From Geosiphon pyriformis uo1 (lineage: Eukaryota; Fungi; Glomeromycota), in NCBI GenBank assembly GCA_016748015.1, contig JAAOMT010000436.1, positions 1,706,032 through 1,770,031 of the forward strand: a stretch of 64,000 nt of DNA, read 5' to 3'. The stretch's first letter is position 1. Each line of letters starts with the position of its first letter. The notes under the pieces were generated by a model that worked only from the letters and a program-made list of their open reading frames with translations, ran no database searches and was not told the origin of the DNA. Below, in pieces: positions 25,677 through 39,169 of the stretch. The position numbers and the translations under genes were made by a program.

Positions 25677-27898
25677 TAATCAGATCTCTATAAAAAAAAC
25701 ACAATTGGGACATGCAAATTATGTTCCATTTTAGAGATGTTCTATTATAGAGTTTTATAATTATTATTAAATAAACTATATTTATTTATTAAATCAATCA
25801 ATTATTATTATTATTATTATTAAAATATTGATTAATTGTTACCTGTTTTTTAGAATCTTCTTTTATTTTTTTGTATTCATATAATTTTTTTCTAAGTAAA
25901 TTTTGGTTTTCTATACTAAAATTTTTTTGCCGATTGCTCTTCAAATCTAATTAACTTTTTTAATGCTTTATATGCTTCTGTAATTGTAATTATAGCAGGT
26001 AGAGATTCTTCTAATTCTTCTTTCGAGTCATTAATTGTATTGGTTTCAATTGAGCATTGACTAAAACCATATCTACAATTTCATTATCATCAAGAATATT
26101 TTCAGTTGCCAATAATTCATCAACTGCTACAGTATAATCTTCGAGATTTTTGACCAATTGTTGTGCATTTGATGTAAATTGTTGAATATATCCATAGCAA
26201 TTGATGTTTCGGATTCTTGATTATAGAAAAGAATATCCGTTTTTTGCCAACAGTTTTGAATTATAACAGGTGTTACTTGAAACCATGATTGAGCAACATA
26301 ATTAATTGCTTGTTTTATGTTTAATTTATTTCTAAAAAATAAATTAATATTAGATAAAATTATATAATATATAATGATAAAAATACTGTTCAAGATTAAT
26401 TTTTTATTCAAATTGATGTAAAATATGTTGACAATATAAATGCTTATATTTGCCTTTGAAAGATTTGATAATGCCAGCATCCATTGGTTGAATATGTGAT
26501 GTTGTATTTGCAGAAAAATAGTGCAAAGTAATATTGGTTAATTGGAATGAATCTTCCCTAATTTGAGTATGATGAGAAATTGCATTATCAACCAAAAGTA
26601 ATATATGCCGATTTTGAATTCAAAAGCCTTCATTTATATATTTGAGCCATGTTTTCCATATATCTGAGTGCATCTATGCTTTGAAATTGAATTTGTAAAT
26701 TACAGGTAGGTTGGAAGTATTAATTCCTTTAAAGCATCAACTTGTGAGATCCAGTTGAATTTGTAGCAAGAATAATTGTAATTCGAGATTTATCTTATAA
26801 AAAACCCAATTAATTTAATATACCAACAATATATAACGATAACAATTGGTAAATATAATATACCAATTTTTTTCCTGCATTTCGACATTTTGCAAGTGTT
26901 TAATCTGGTCCCATACGAAAAAATAATCCTGTTTTATCAGCATTATATATGTCAGCAGGATCAAATTCGGATATAATGGTTTTTAATTTTCTTTGTTCTT
27001 CTGGTAAACTTTCAGTTGATATACTTCCTGCTTCACTATGAAATTGGTAAACACGTAACTGGTTTCGTTTTTTGAATTTTTGAACCCATCCATTTGAGAA
27101 TTGCATTTCATTTTCATGCATACCAAGAAGTTTGGCAAATTTTTTTTCTTTCTTTTTAATTAGTTGATCATTGAATTCGATAGTGGCTGCAGTTACTTAT
27201 TCTACCCAATAACTTAAAGCTTGGTCTAATAATTGAAATTTAACACTTTTGTGTCAAATAAATCTTTCTGAGATTTCATCAATTTCAATATTCAACCACT
27301 TTGTATGCTCTTTGATTATCTTGGAAACAGTTAGACAAGAAATATAAAGTTCTGAATATTTATGATTGAAGTAAGCTACAATATCATCATGTTTCGTGCC
27401 ATAGTGATTTTTGGAATATTGACAAATTTCTTTACAAAAAGCATCATTAACTGCTGCTCATTTTTGTTTTTTGAATAAAGGTTCCAACATTGTGATAATT
27501 TAGCAAGTCTATTAGAAAATGTGCCTATAATGATAATATTAGATTTGGTTTTAGCAAGCCTGAATTCGAATACAATAGGGATTAAGTGGCTGTATGTGAA
27601 AACAGACAAGATTAAAAAGAGTAAATCCAATATAAATCAATTTAAAAGAAAGTTAAGATGAAATCAATTCAATACATTCTAACTCTTTTTCCAATTACCA
27701 ATTAACATCTAGCACATGATATTTGTTCTTATATGAAGGTAAATTCGAATAAACGTTTGATAAAATTATGTTCTTGTTCCTTTATAGATTGTTCTTATAT
27801 AAAGGGAAAATTGTTAATTAATCAATTGGTTCTATAAAAAAATGTTCTTTGTAAAAGGTTGTTCTTTTATCGAGGGTTTTTTTATGGAGGTCTGACTG
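25677..27898 (-). mobile_element. pogo/Tigger-like (Tc1/mariner superfamily, CENP-B/DDE_1) DNA transposon, defective
   Basis: TIRs CAGTCAGACCTCCATAAAAAAAC (right end, 27876-27898 reverse complement) and TAATCAGATCTCTATAAAAAAAAC (25677-25700), each flanked by TA. Transposase fragments: CENP-B-type HTH from ATG ~27490, FSNGWVQKFKKR, IYNADKTGLFFR, SRITIILATN, VDNAISH, ANTTSHIQPMDAGIIKSFK, QNCWQKT. Multiple stops. Confidence 0.9.
27720..27876. repeat. Subterminal direct repeats of the pogo element (TGTTCTT(A/T)..(G/A)AGG x4)
   Basis: ttgttcttatatgaagg, ttgttcttatataaagg, atgttctttgtaaaagg, ttgttcttttatcgaggg next to the right TIR. Confidence 0.7.
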
Positions 27899-28669
27899 TA
27901 CATATTTATAACAAAAATATTATATTTTTTTATTAATATACTTTAATAAAATGTATTTTAACTATTTTTTAAATATATATATATATGTTTTATCTTAAAT
28001 ATAATTTATATACTTTTGATATATAATTAGTTATTTAAACTATATTAAAACATATTAAGTTGAATTATAAATTATAAACAGTTTTTTAACATTTATTTTA
28101 TCTATATAATAATTTAATCTAATAGTATTTGTATTCAAATTCAGATTTTTGGTTAAATTAAATATTAAAAAAAACAATTATCATATTATTATTATTTAAT
28201 AAAATATATTATACTTAATTTAAATTTTTAAACAAATTAATTATTAATTTGTTAATTTTTCGAACTTGGTTTTCAAAATAAAATTTAATTATTTGTAATT
28301 ATATTAACATATTTTTAAAATCTAACAAAATTGTTAAATAAATCAAGTTTTGCAAATTAAAATTTAAAAAGTTTACTTTATTTTGAAAAACATTTTATGT
28401 ATAACAACATATAACACAATTAATAAAACAGTAATTTTAACATAAAAAACAAAACCAATTATTTTATTATGAAAATTTTAATATATAATAAAGAACTTAA
28501 AATTAAGCTATAATATTTTTAAAACAATAAATAAAAAACCAAATAATTTAAACTTTAGTACTTATTATAGTATTAATATTTAAAAGTTTTTTATTAATAT
28601 ATAATTTTTTAAAATATTAGTTTTAATAATAAATAAAATTATATAATTAAAAAATATAGTTTTTTAATT

Positions 28670-31345
28670 TTTAATTTTTTAATCAATTTACAAATAAAAT
28701 CCAATTAATATCTAGTATACAGAATCAGATTAAGTCAAATTAAGTATAACTTACATACTTATTACATATAATTAGTTACTTTAATTAAACAAAACAATAC
28801 TATATACTTATATAAACAATAATATCACTATTTAAACCAGAAAAAAAGGAATAAAGCATATGCTTATTAAAACTGACAGCAAAAAACTTAATAATACTAA
28901 ACAAATAAACTATTTTATCTGAAAAACTTCTTATCAAGTCCAAAAAAAACCAAAAACCAAATTACTATGCTTTATTAAACCAGCTCTTTTTATATCTATT
29001 CTATATTTAGACTTTATAAGTCATATTTTTAAGCAATGTTTTTTTGCCAAATGTTTAACAAACTTAATCATAACTAAAAGTGTTTTTTTTAAGAACTGTA
29101 ATGGCTTTAGCACACTAATTTTTTAATATAAAGTCTTTACAAACTATAATATACAAGTTTATATTTAATGAGTATTTAAAAAAAACTTAAAAACAATAAA
29201 AAAAGAAGTACAAATACCAACCAATAAAACCTAAAAGCCTAAAACTTTTACCAGTATTTTATTACAAATATTAACATTTTTAGCACAAATAAAAACATAA
29301 TCTAATATTTTTATCTTATTATAAAGTAAATATAATACACCTAAATACAACTTGTCATATAATTTTTTCTTAATTATTATAAGCAACTATTTATATATGA
29401 CTTTTATTAAATAAGTACATAAATTAACTGACTTTTTACTAATAAATCCAAACAGCATATAGAAATTAAGATGTTATATTTTTGCAGTAGATTTTCAATC
29501 TATCTCTTCAATCAAAAAACAAAAAACTACATTATAATTAAGGCCAATTTTCTAGTAAGCACAACTAATTAATCTATATATATTCTAAACAAAATAACAA
29601 ATATTGTCAGACATAGTTATATTATTAGCCACAATATAATATTTATTCATTTCAATTAGTAAAGAAAAAAAAATAAGCAGTTACATTTGTCATTAAATCA
29701 GTCTTAATATTATTCAAAATATCTAAATAACTCTTTATTTTTATCCACTTAACTAAAAAATTTTTATTTTTTATTAAATTAACAATATGTTTTTTTTTTA
29801 TTCAGCACTAATTACAAAAGTCTAACACAAAAAATCCTGTTTTAGAAACACAAGTATTAATAGTAGTCTGGCTATCTAAATACAAAACTACTATACAAAA
29901 AAATAGAACACAAAAAGATTTCCAGTTTATTATATTACTTTTTTTATCCAACAGTTTATTATTAAACACAATACCAAATTATTTTAAAGAATATATTAAG
30001 TTATAATACAATAATCTTTTTAAAATATCTAACATTAAAATTTTTTTAGAACTGCAAAATATATTAGACAAATTGTTTGTCATAAACAATTTATTATACC
30101 AAAAAATTTTTACTATTCTAGCTAAAAAATTGTTTACAAAGCTAATATGTAATTTAACAAAGAATTACAAAAAATTTAAAAAAGCCTATTTTAAAACTTA
30201 CAAGTCTAAAAATTTGTGTTTAAATAAATATTTTAGAATGCTTAAAATATTAAAAAAAATAATTACTGATGTTAACTTTTTTTTAGCTTAAATCTGCTTA
30301 AAAAACTTTAAATTATATAAAAAAAAATAATATAAAGCTTTATTAAAAAAGTTTTTTGGCAAATTGGTTTTAAGTTTGAGACTTTTTTTGATTATAATAT
30401 TTTACTTATAACATATACTTAATAAAACAAAACTAAATTGAAATTAATAATTAACCATAAACTATAAAACTATTAACACCAAATAAAAAAACTGTTTATT
30501 TGTAATTGTTTTTTTCAGTATTATATTGACAAAAAACTGAATATTAGAATAAGCTTAAGCTAAATTAGACTTAGACAAATCTTTAGTTAACAAAAAAATC
30601 TTTATGTATCTATATAACATATTATTTTTAATAATTAAAATTAGTAAGCCACTAATTTTTAAAATGGCATTTTTAATTTTATAATTAATAAGAATAGTTA
30701 TTGTCTTATAATTGTTGATTAAGATATTGTTAATCAAAAAAAATTTACTAACAATATTCTATATATATTATATAGATGTTTGACTATTTTTAATCTAAAT
30801 AATATTATTGACAAATATATCTATTGTAAAGAAAAAAGTTTTTTTTCTTATAGTTTCTATTCTATTTATTTTAGCCACAAATTTGGTATTAACTCAGTAT
30901 TTGCATAAAAGTTTATGTCTTTTTATTTAACACAAAAAAATCTAAAAATTTTTCCAAAAAAAAGAAAAAAACATCTTATTTTAATCCAACTTATTATGTA
31001 TTTAAAATAGCTATTTGTAAGACCAAAATCTATTATTATTCTATTTATTCTATCTATATAAATATTGCCAAGGAGATTAATAAATTTTTTATATATCTTA
31101 ATATATTATAAACTAGTTCTTTAGTTAAATTAACTAATATAATCATATGTTTTTTACATGTTTTGCAAAACCAATAAAATTTCTCAATTTTTTTCTAAAA
31201 CATTCTTAATTACTAAGCTAACAGTAAACATAAAAGACTGTGTAAATATACTCTTTAAAACAAAAAAATTATTTTTACAAAAAACACCAAATTTACTGTA
31301 AGCATATAAGATTTAATTTAAAAAAATTTTAATCAAAAATAGATT
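28670..31345 (-). mobile_element. LINE copy B, 5'-truncated (part of RT, RNase H with internal deletion, 3' end), heavily eroded
   Basis: The 3' end at 28690-28760 matches D 39190-39265 ('tccaatta.tatctagta'). The RT region is a close sibling of copy E: antisense ORFs 30073-30291 and 63200-63418 are near-identical. Confidence 0.8.
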
Positions 31346-31994
31346 CTATTTATAAAGCTTTGGTATTATTAAGAGTTATACTTTTTTTACAAAGTTAAAA
31401 CTATATTCAAAGTTAAATATGAGTTTAATAAAACCAAAAAACAACTTAAAATGTTTTTATCATAGTGCTTCCAAAGCTTATTTAATATATTATTCAAACT
31501 AGCAGTTTTTCTGTTTAGCAATTTCTTGATCACCCAAACCAATTTTTTATTATATAAAAATTTTAATTAATACTAATAATATAAAATTAATAAAATATTA
31601 ATAAAACAAAACAGATTTTAAAATAGTAGAGTATTTTATAAAATACTAAAAATATTGTTTTTAATATTTTAAAAAAGTTTATAATAATATTTATAAAAAA
31701 AAAATTTTTTTTTAATTTGCTTTTTTTTAGATATTTAAGTAATAATAATAAAAACAATATTAAAACTGATTTTAATGAATTTAAAAAAACTTTAAATAAA
31801 AATAAAAAAAAATAAAACTGTTTTGTTTTTATATTATTTAAAAAAAATGTTTTATTAATTGTTTACATAAATAAAAAACTTTTTAAAAATAATAATATTC
31901 ATATTAATTATAAAATAAATATAAAATATATTTATTTTTTATTTTATTTTTTTGTTTTTATTGTTTAAATTAACAAAAATAATAACAATAATAT

Positions 31995-34900
31995 ATTTTT
32001 TTTATTAATGTTTTATAAATAAGATCCAAATACTGTCTAGGACAATACATTATACAAATGATCTAAATTAGATGTGAATCATACTTTTTTTACACATAAC
32101 CAGTCACTTAAACTGACCAAAACAACACTAAGCATCTATATAAACTAAGACTAAATCTCCAATACCCAAAAAAAATAAACAAGACTTATACAAACCAAAA
32201 CCAATACCAAACACCTCAGTAATACCAAATAATTTAACCACACCAGCAAAAAACACTGAAGACAGTTCAAAAACTGAAACTAATACTAAACTATTATATA
32301 ATATTAGCTTATTTTTCTCTATAAAAACATGATATTTAACATAAACTAATCAAATCTTATTTCTAAAATCAAGACAGAAGTTTTACATAAAGTCACAATT
32401 TTTTAATATGCAATTATAAAATTTCTAAAGACAAAAACAGTTTCTCAAAGCCAATTACTAAGGACAAAACTCTTACAAAAAACTGTATACACTGTAATAT
32501 CTAAAGTACAAGATGTTATCAACTAAAACACACATAAAAAGAAACAAAAATAACCAAAAAACACACTTCAAGTATTTGTGTACATGTTCAATAACTAACA
32601 GCAAATAGAATTATTAGTTACATAAGAAAAAACATGATCTAAGACCTCAATATTATCACAATATAAATATAATACATTGAGTTAATGCTTGTTATATAAG
32701 TGTTTTTAAACAGCAATAGGCAGTTGATAGTATAAAGCTTTAATAAAATATGTACAAATACTAGCAATATATCTACTAATAAAACCAATAGTCATGTGCA
32801 AATTAAGATGTTACATTATAGATAAACCAAGCCAGTCAATATCTAAAAGCAAACTACCAACTAGAATCTTAAAACCAGAACCAACTTTTCAATGTGTACA
32901 ATAAATAGACCAAAATATTCCATAAATAAAATGTCTAGTATTACCAAAAACAACACCACTTTCAGCTATAATATAATGTTTTTTCAATCAAAGAGGAAGG
33001 TACCAAGAAGAAAAAGAAGCAGAATTAGCAATTGTATTAACACATTCATTACTCAAAACATCTGAGTGACTCTTTACTTTTCATCAGCTAATATTTAAAT
33101 TTTTTTATGAATAATATTTACAATGTGCTAACATTTAATTCTACACTGATTCCAAAAATCTAAATACATTAAACCCAATTCTGAGTTATATGTATCCAAA
33201 ACAGTCTAACTGTCTATAAAAAAGTGGACCAAACTAAGAGAAAAGATATACTCAAAAGCCAACACAATAGCTTGCAACTTTGTCAAAGTAAAAAACATCA
33301 AACCAAACACTTTAAAACCCAAATCCAGATTTATGTCCTCAAAAAACTGTCACACCAGTCCTTATGCTAATTTTTCCCAAGTTCTTTAACATTAATATCC
33401 AATAAATGATTATGAACCATCTCAAACTTACAAAACTCAAGAATATTTGAAGAACCAATAGCACTTAAAGAATAAAAGCATATAAAAAAAAAAGCCATAC
33501 TGCTGAGAAAATTAATAAAAAGCTCAAATTATTTAGGAACAGAGCCATATGAGTCTAATCTCTTCTAATGCTTAAAGGTCTTCTAATTGAAAATAGCACT
33601 ATTTTTACTACAAAGCTAGTTTACAAAAGCAATGTCATACTGCCAGAGTGAAGAAAAAAACTTGAAAAACTTTGATTTACCAAGAACAGTTAACATAAAG
33701 GTTCTACTATAATGATAAAAAAAATTGTTCATAGAGCCACTCAGAGACAAATTACACTCAAAAAAAATACAAATCACACCTGCCAAAAAATTATTAGAAA
33801 CACTGACCCGAATACAAGCTAGAGAAATTAAAGAATAAAGTAGACACCAAAACAGAACTTGTAAATTATGAAATTTGTGTAAAAACAAACAATCTAAAAT
33901 TCCAACAGAGTTTGCAAAACACATAACAGAAGCCACTTTGTTTTCAATTTGAACTTGCTTAAAAGTTTTTAAATCATATAATAAAAAGTGATAGAGCATA
34001 TTATTGGAGAAATTGAGAGACAGACTGGATTTTGACTTTAAGCTCTTACAAATCAAAGCATTCTATTTATTATACACACCAATAAGAACAAAACTGAATT
34101 GCATTTTGTAGCTAACAATAGGATAGAGAATTGCCAACATCAAATACAAGAACTGCTTATTAGAAATGGCCTTTTTTAAAACAAAATTGGCAAAAAACCG
34201 GATATTCAAATGCACTTTAGCCAAGCTGGACTTTAATAAACTCTTAATAGATAAAAAGATACTCAAGTAGCAATAAGATTTTCTCTTTTTGGCAATAAAA
34301 ATAGGCAAACTATTAATTAATAAAGAGAGACATTCAACTTTGCAATTGATTGGAATGACTACTGTTTTGTTATTGTTAATAGAAATGTCATTGATCTGAA
34401 AAAATTCACTAGTAATATTGAAAATATATTGAGTAGTAGTTTGGCTATTATTAATTCAGATTGTATTATTAACAAAAGCACCAACAGTAAAAAAAGATGT
34501 TAGCTTGGATTGAAATTTTGAATGACCAGTTCTGGCAATAAAATAAAAGTTCAACTTATACTCATACACACTTTTATGTCTTTTGACTTTACACAGAAGA
34601 AGATCATAAAATATGCACCAAAAAAAGAGTGAGAACATCTTTCTTTAATTCAAGCCATCATGTACTCAGTATCTATTTGTCAATCCAAAGTTAGTCATAA
34701 TTTTGTTAACACAATTATTGTAAATACTGCTGAAAAATCTAATTAATTTGTTACATATTTTTATCTTAACCAAGTTCTTTCCACCCAACAGAATCATAAG
34801 TCTTCTATATGTCTTGCAAAACTAGCCAGAGTTTGTAGTTTTTCTCCAAGACATCTTCAATTACTAAACCAATGGCAAAAATAGAAGATTGGATTATTGT

Positions 34901-37900
34901 ACTCTTAAAAATTGAAAAATTGTCTCTGCAAATATATCAAAAGTGCTGCATGTTAAAGATATTCTGTTAGAAAAAATTTTGAAAAGTAGTTTACAGACAG
35001 TCTTAATTAAAGCAATAAGTTGGATGTTTGTAAATATGTCTTCTCATTTATACAGTTTGGGAATTATAGAGACTCAAGTCTCTTTTTAAGCATTGAACAC
35101 TAATTTACAAGACAAACAAGAGTTCAAAAACACCAAAAGCATATTCAAAATCAAATTGTCACAGCATTTTCAAAGTTTATTTGAGATACCAGAAAGACCA
35201 GCAGCATTGTCATCAGACAGATGACAAACCATACTGAACAATTCATCAAAACTAATTGGACATATTACATTAGAAAAAGCATTATCAAAAACATACTTTA
35301 ATGGTTAATATTGATGAAACCAATTATTAGAAAGATCTACAATTACTTTATGCTTCTTAGTTCAGGCTTCTATAATCATATTTATTTTGGTCTTAACCAG
35401 ATCAGGCTCCAAAATCAGTTTATTATCAGCAACCAGATAGTTTAGCACTACTTTGTAAAAAGAATGCTCTAATATACTTTTGATAGTATAACTTTTGTTT
35501 ACTTCAAAAATTTTTATTCTTTTATTAATTGCCAATCTGATTTAAGACTTCTTAATATGCTCCAATTCTAATATCTTAGAAAATTGATAAGACTTCTTAA
35601 CTTTGGCCAATACTAACCTAATAACATTAAAATAAAACTTTAAAAGAAAAAAAATTTCATCATAGAAACATTAATAGCATTAAAACTGTTCTATGTATTT
35701 AGTAACAATACAAACTCATCACAAAAAATCAGACAAAAGACCTTAACAATCCTAGACACTAAAAGTTATAGTTTATGAAATCTGAATAATTTTTTAATAA
35801 AGACACTGTTATAACTTTTAAACTATTTTCTCTTAAAAATCTTATTTGCTAACAAACACAATGTCTTGCAAATAGCATTTCACATTACATCCAAATCTGA
35901 AAATTCTTTAGACACAACAAACTTATCAGAAAACATAGCAGCATTTCCTGCCATGGCTTCCTTGAACTTGGTTTATTTGTCATCATTAGTGTTTTTAAAT
36001 TGAACTTTCAACAATTTTTATTTGACTGTTTATGAAGAAAGTTTAATTTCATATCTAACAATCTATCTAAACTCACTAACACAGAAATGGCCTAATAATT
36101 AGTGTTAAAGTATTTATCAACATTCAGAACATTGTAATCTACCACTGTATTAACCAAATTTAAGGAGACAAACACATAATCAATTGTCTTTTTGACACCT
36201 TTTGAATTCTTCTATGTAGGATTTTTTATAACCAAACTTCTTAACAAAAAATTGACCAACCCCAAATTCAAGCACTTCTTGAAACTAGCATATTTGTATA
36301 AGCTATTCTTATTAAAATCTCCACCCAAGATAACAAAAAAAGATTTGTTTACAGTCTTTGTAATCAAAGAGTTGATCTTTCTAGCTTGAAACAAATGCAT
36401 AGCCAGAATGGCACCAACATACAGTTCCAAAATCAAAATAAATAACTTATTTTTGAATAGCAGCTTAATAAACAAGAGCCTATCAACAATTTCTAAAACC
36501 TTGTACACATGTTTTGCCAAACCAATATTCATTATAATTGCAACTTCAGAGCCTAAGTGACCCGACTTTAAACCAAAAATAAACACCCAAACATTATCAA
36601 ACTTATTTACAATTCCCAGACAAATCTTACTCTTTAATTTTGTTTCAATAATAATAAAGACTAAATTGTTCATTTCCTTATGCCAATAGACAACATTTAC
36701 CTGCTTGACAGAATTGTTTATGTTTTTAACATTGCACATAACTATTTTCTAAATTAGATCAGTTATTGTTAAAAAAGAGTGTTCAAACCCAATTCAAAGT
36801 TCTCTACTTTGGCCATTAGGCCCATAACTGTATTTAACAAATTGTTCAAAGTCTCTTCTAGCCTTGAAACAACCAAAGAATTAAAACTTATTACTTCTAC
36901 AATAGTCCCAACACTAGTGACCACACCCAAACTCTTACTTATTACTATACTTGTCTCTTGATTCTGTAATAAAGAGGTTACCAACAGCTAATATCTAGGA
37001 CTAGACTGGAAAACCATTGGCCCAAGTGAGTCTAACCTCTTAGCTAACTTAACTACTTGCTCTATGAGGCTGTTAAAACTGTGCTCAAGAGTGGCTAACC
37101 TATTACTTAACTCTATGAATACCAGCAGAATAAGTTTTATCTTTAAAGAAAAACCAAAATCATTCAAGCCAATATGTGCAGAAAGAGAAGAAAAAAAAAC
37201 TCACCAACAATCTTGGTCCAAGAGACACCACCAAAAAAAACAGGATAGATAATTAGTACTGAACATTTGGCATAGATAGATGTCAGTCTGTTTTTATTTT
37301 CTTCAGACAACATTTTGCAAAATAGATCACCAGAAAAAGTTTTTTTATTCACAAAATATTCCAATAAAGTATGACCTAATTTTTTATACTTAACATACTT
37401 TGCTGAACTCAAATAAGTCCAGCACAAATTGGCATTCCTTAAAACAAACATGGTTCTTATGACAGCATTCAATAATTCAGATGAGTTAAAGCAAACAACT
37501 GCATATTTTGTTCAAACATATAAAATTGAATGTTGATTAATAACACATGTTTTCTCACTTACAAATCCAATAAAATTCCAGATGTTGTGAACATTTATTC
37601 CTATTGGCAATATATAGAGCAGTAATCTATAATTATCTCTAAATCTCATGTTTTTTTATTTTTGTCAGTTCTAACTACATAAACTACATTTTTTCTAATT
37701 AGAATAGACTACTTTACTATAACCAAATTAATATGATTTACTTTATTAAATTCAATCATGGCTTTTTGCCACAGTCTAACCAACTGTATCTTGATTAACT
37801 TAATCAAACCAAACTCAGAAAACACAGCATGCACAGTCTTAGTAGATGTTTCAATTAGAATTTTTTTTACAATTACAGTTTGATCTGAATGCTTAATAAA

Positions 37901-38705
37901 TTTCTTGAAATTGGTGTTTACTAAGATTTTTACTATCTTTGTCATATTAAAAGCTTGAACCAAACTTAATTCAGAAGTAAACATTGCTTTAATAATCTTA
38001 ACAAATTTTGAGAGAGTAAAGACTTCTTCAAAACCATTGACTTTTGAAAACAATCTTCTAACTACTACAAACTTCTCTTGAAAAAACTTCTTAGACACTT
38101 TATCCAACTTAATATCCAAAATAAAAGACTTTCTAATGGAAACAACAACCAGATTCTTCAAAAAAAGAGAAAAGATAAGTGAAACATTTAACAAAATATC
38201 ATTATCATTACTATTATTCAGAAAATTTATTTTGCTTAATAGTTTCTCTAATGTCTTTTTGGTTTTAACATAAAATTTTTTTGGTATTTGGTTAGTATTT
38301 TTGTCATCAAAAATGATCTAACTATTATAAACAAAACTGGTTTTCTCAATCAAACACTCCTTCTCTATATTAATACTATTAGATTCAGTAATATTATTAG
38401 CTTTTGAATTTCAAGAACAATTATTCAACACTTTAGCAGAAACTTTTTTAGTTTTGATATTATTTTCTAAAATACTATCTCTTTTTTTCTTTTTTAACAG
38501 AACAGATTTGAAACCATTAGTTGAACCAGAATTTTTAATAGTCTTTTTCATAACAGCAATACTAGAGTCAACAGTGGCCTCATAATCAAGCAAAAACAGT
38601 TTTAATTTATTATATTGAATATTTAAAAAACTTCTTTTAAAAAACTTTTTGACTTTTTTTGGGAATTTGTGACAAAAAAAAGAAAGAAGTTTTTTTTTAT
38701 TCTAA
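31995..38705 (-). mobile_element. LINE copy C, near full length, moderately eroded (ORF1 + ORF2 APE-RT-RNase H-ZnF)
   Basis: ORF1 fragments 37709-38593 are homologous to D ORF1. APE MCNVKNIN...ETKLK...GGDFN (36212-36739); RT VGAFVNN, LQDI.KTYDSV; RNase H and 3' end similar to D. Confidence 0.88.
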
Positions 38706-39169
38706 TAATATTAATAAAATAAATAATTTATTTTTATTGTTATTAAATTACTGTTTTATTATATTATCTTATTAATAAAAATTATTTAAAATTTTTACAA
38801 ATAAAAAAATTATATAAACTAAAATAATTACAATTCAAAAGATTAAACAATATATAAAAAATTTATTTAGAAAAAATTATATAAAAACAATATATTTATT
38901 ATTAAAATTAAAATTACATCAATATACAAAAAATTACTAATAAAAAAAGTAATTTTTTTAAATATAATATACAAAAAACATTAAAAAATAAGCAAAAATT
39001 AAATTTAAAAACAATTTTTTTAGTATTAATTAATTTACAAATTTATAACTTGTAATAATTAATAATTTTTTTAATTTTTTTTTAGTTACTTTATTTTTAA
39101 AATAATTAATAAATTCTTAATTATATAATATAAAACAAAAAAACTAGATTTAAAAAAATTATTATTATT

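Noticed and set aside
22250-31345. LINE A and B as one element split by the pogo transposon
   Set aside because: Both contain the same RT region and their order is wrong for a split minus-strand element, so they are separate copies.
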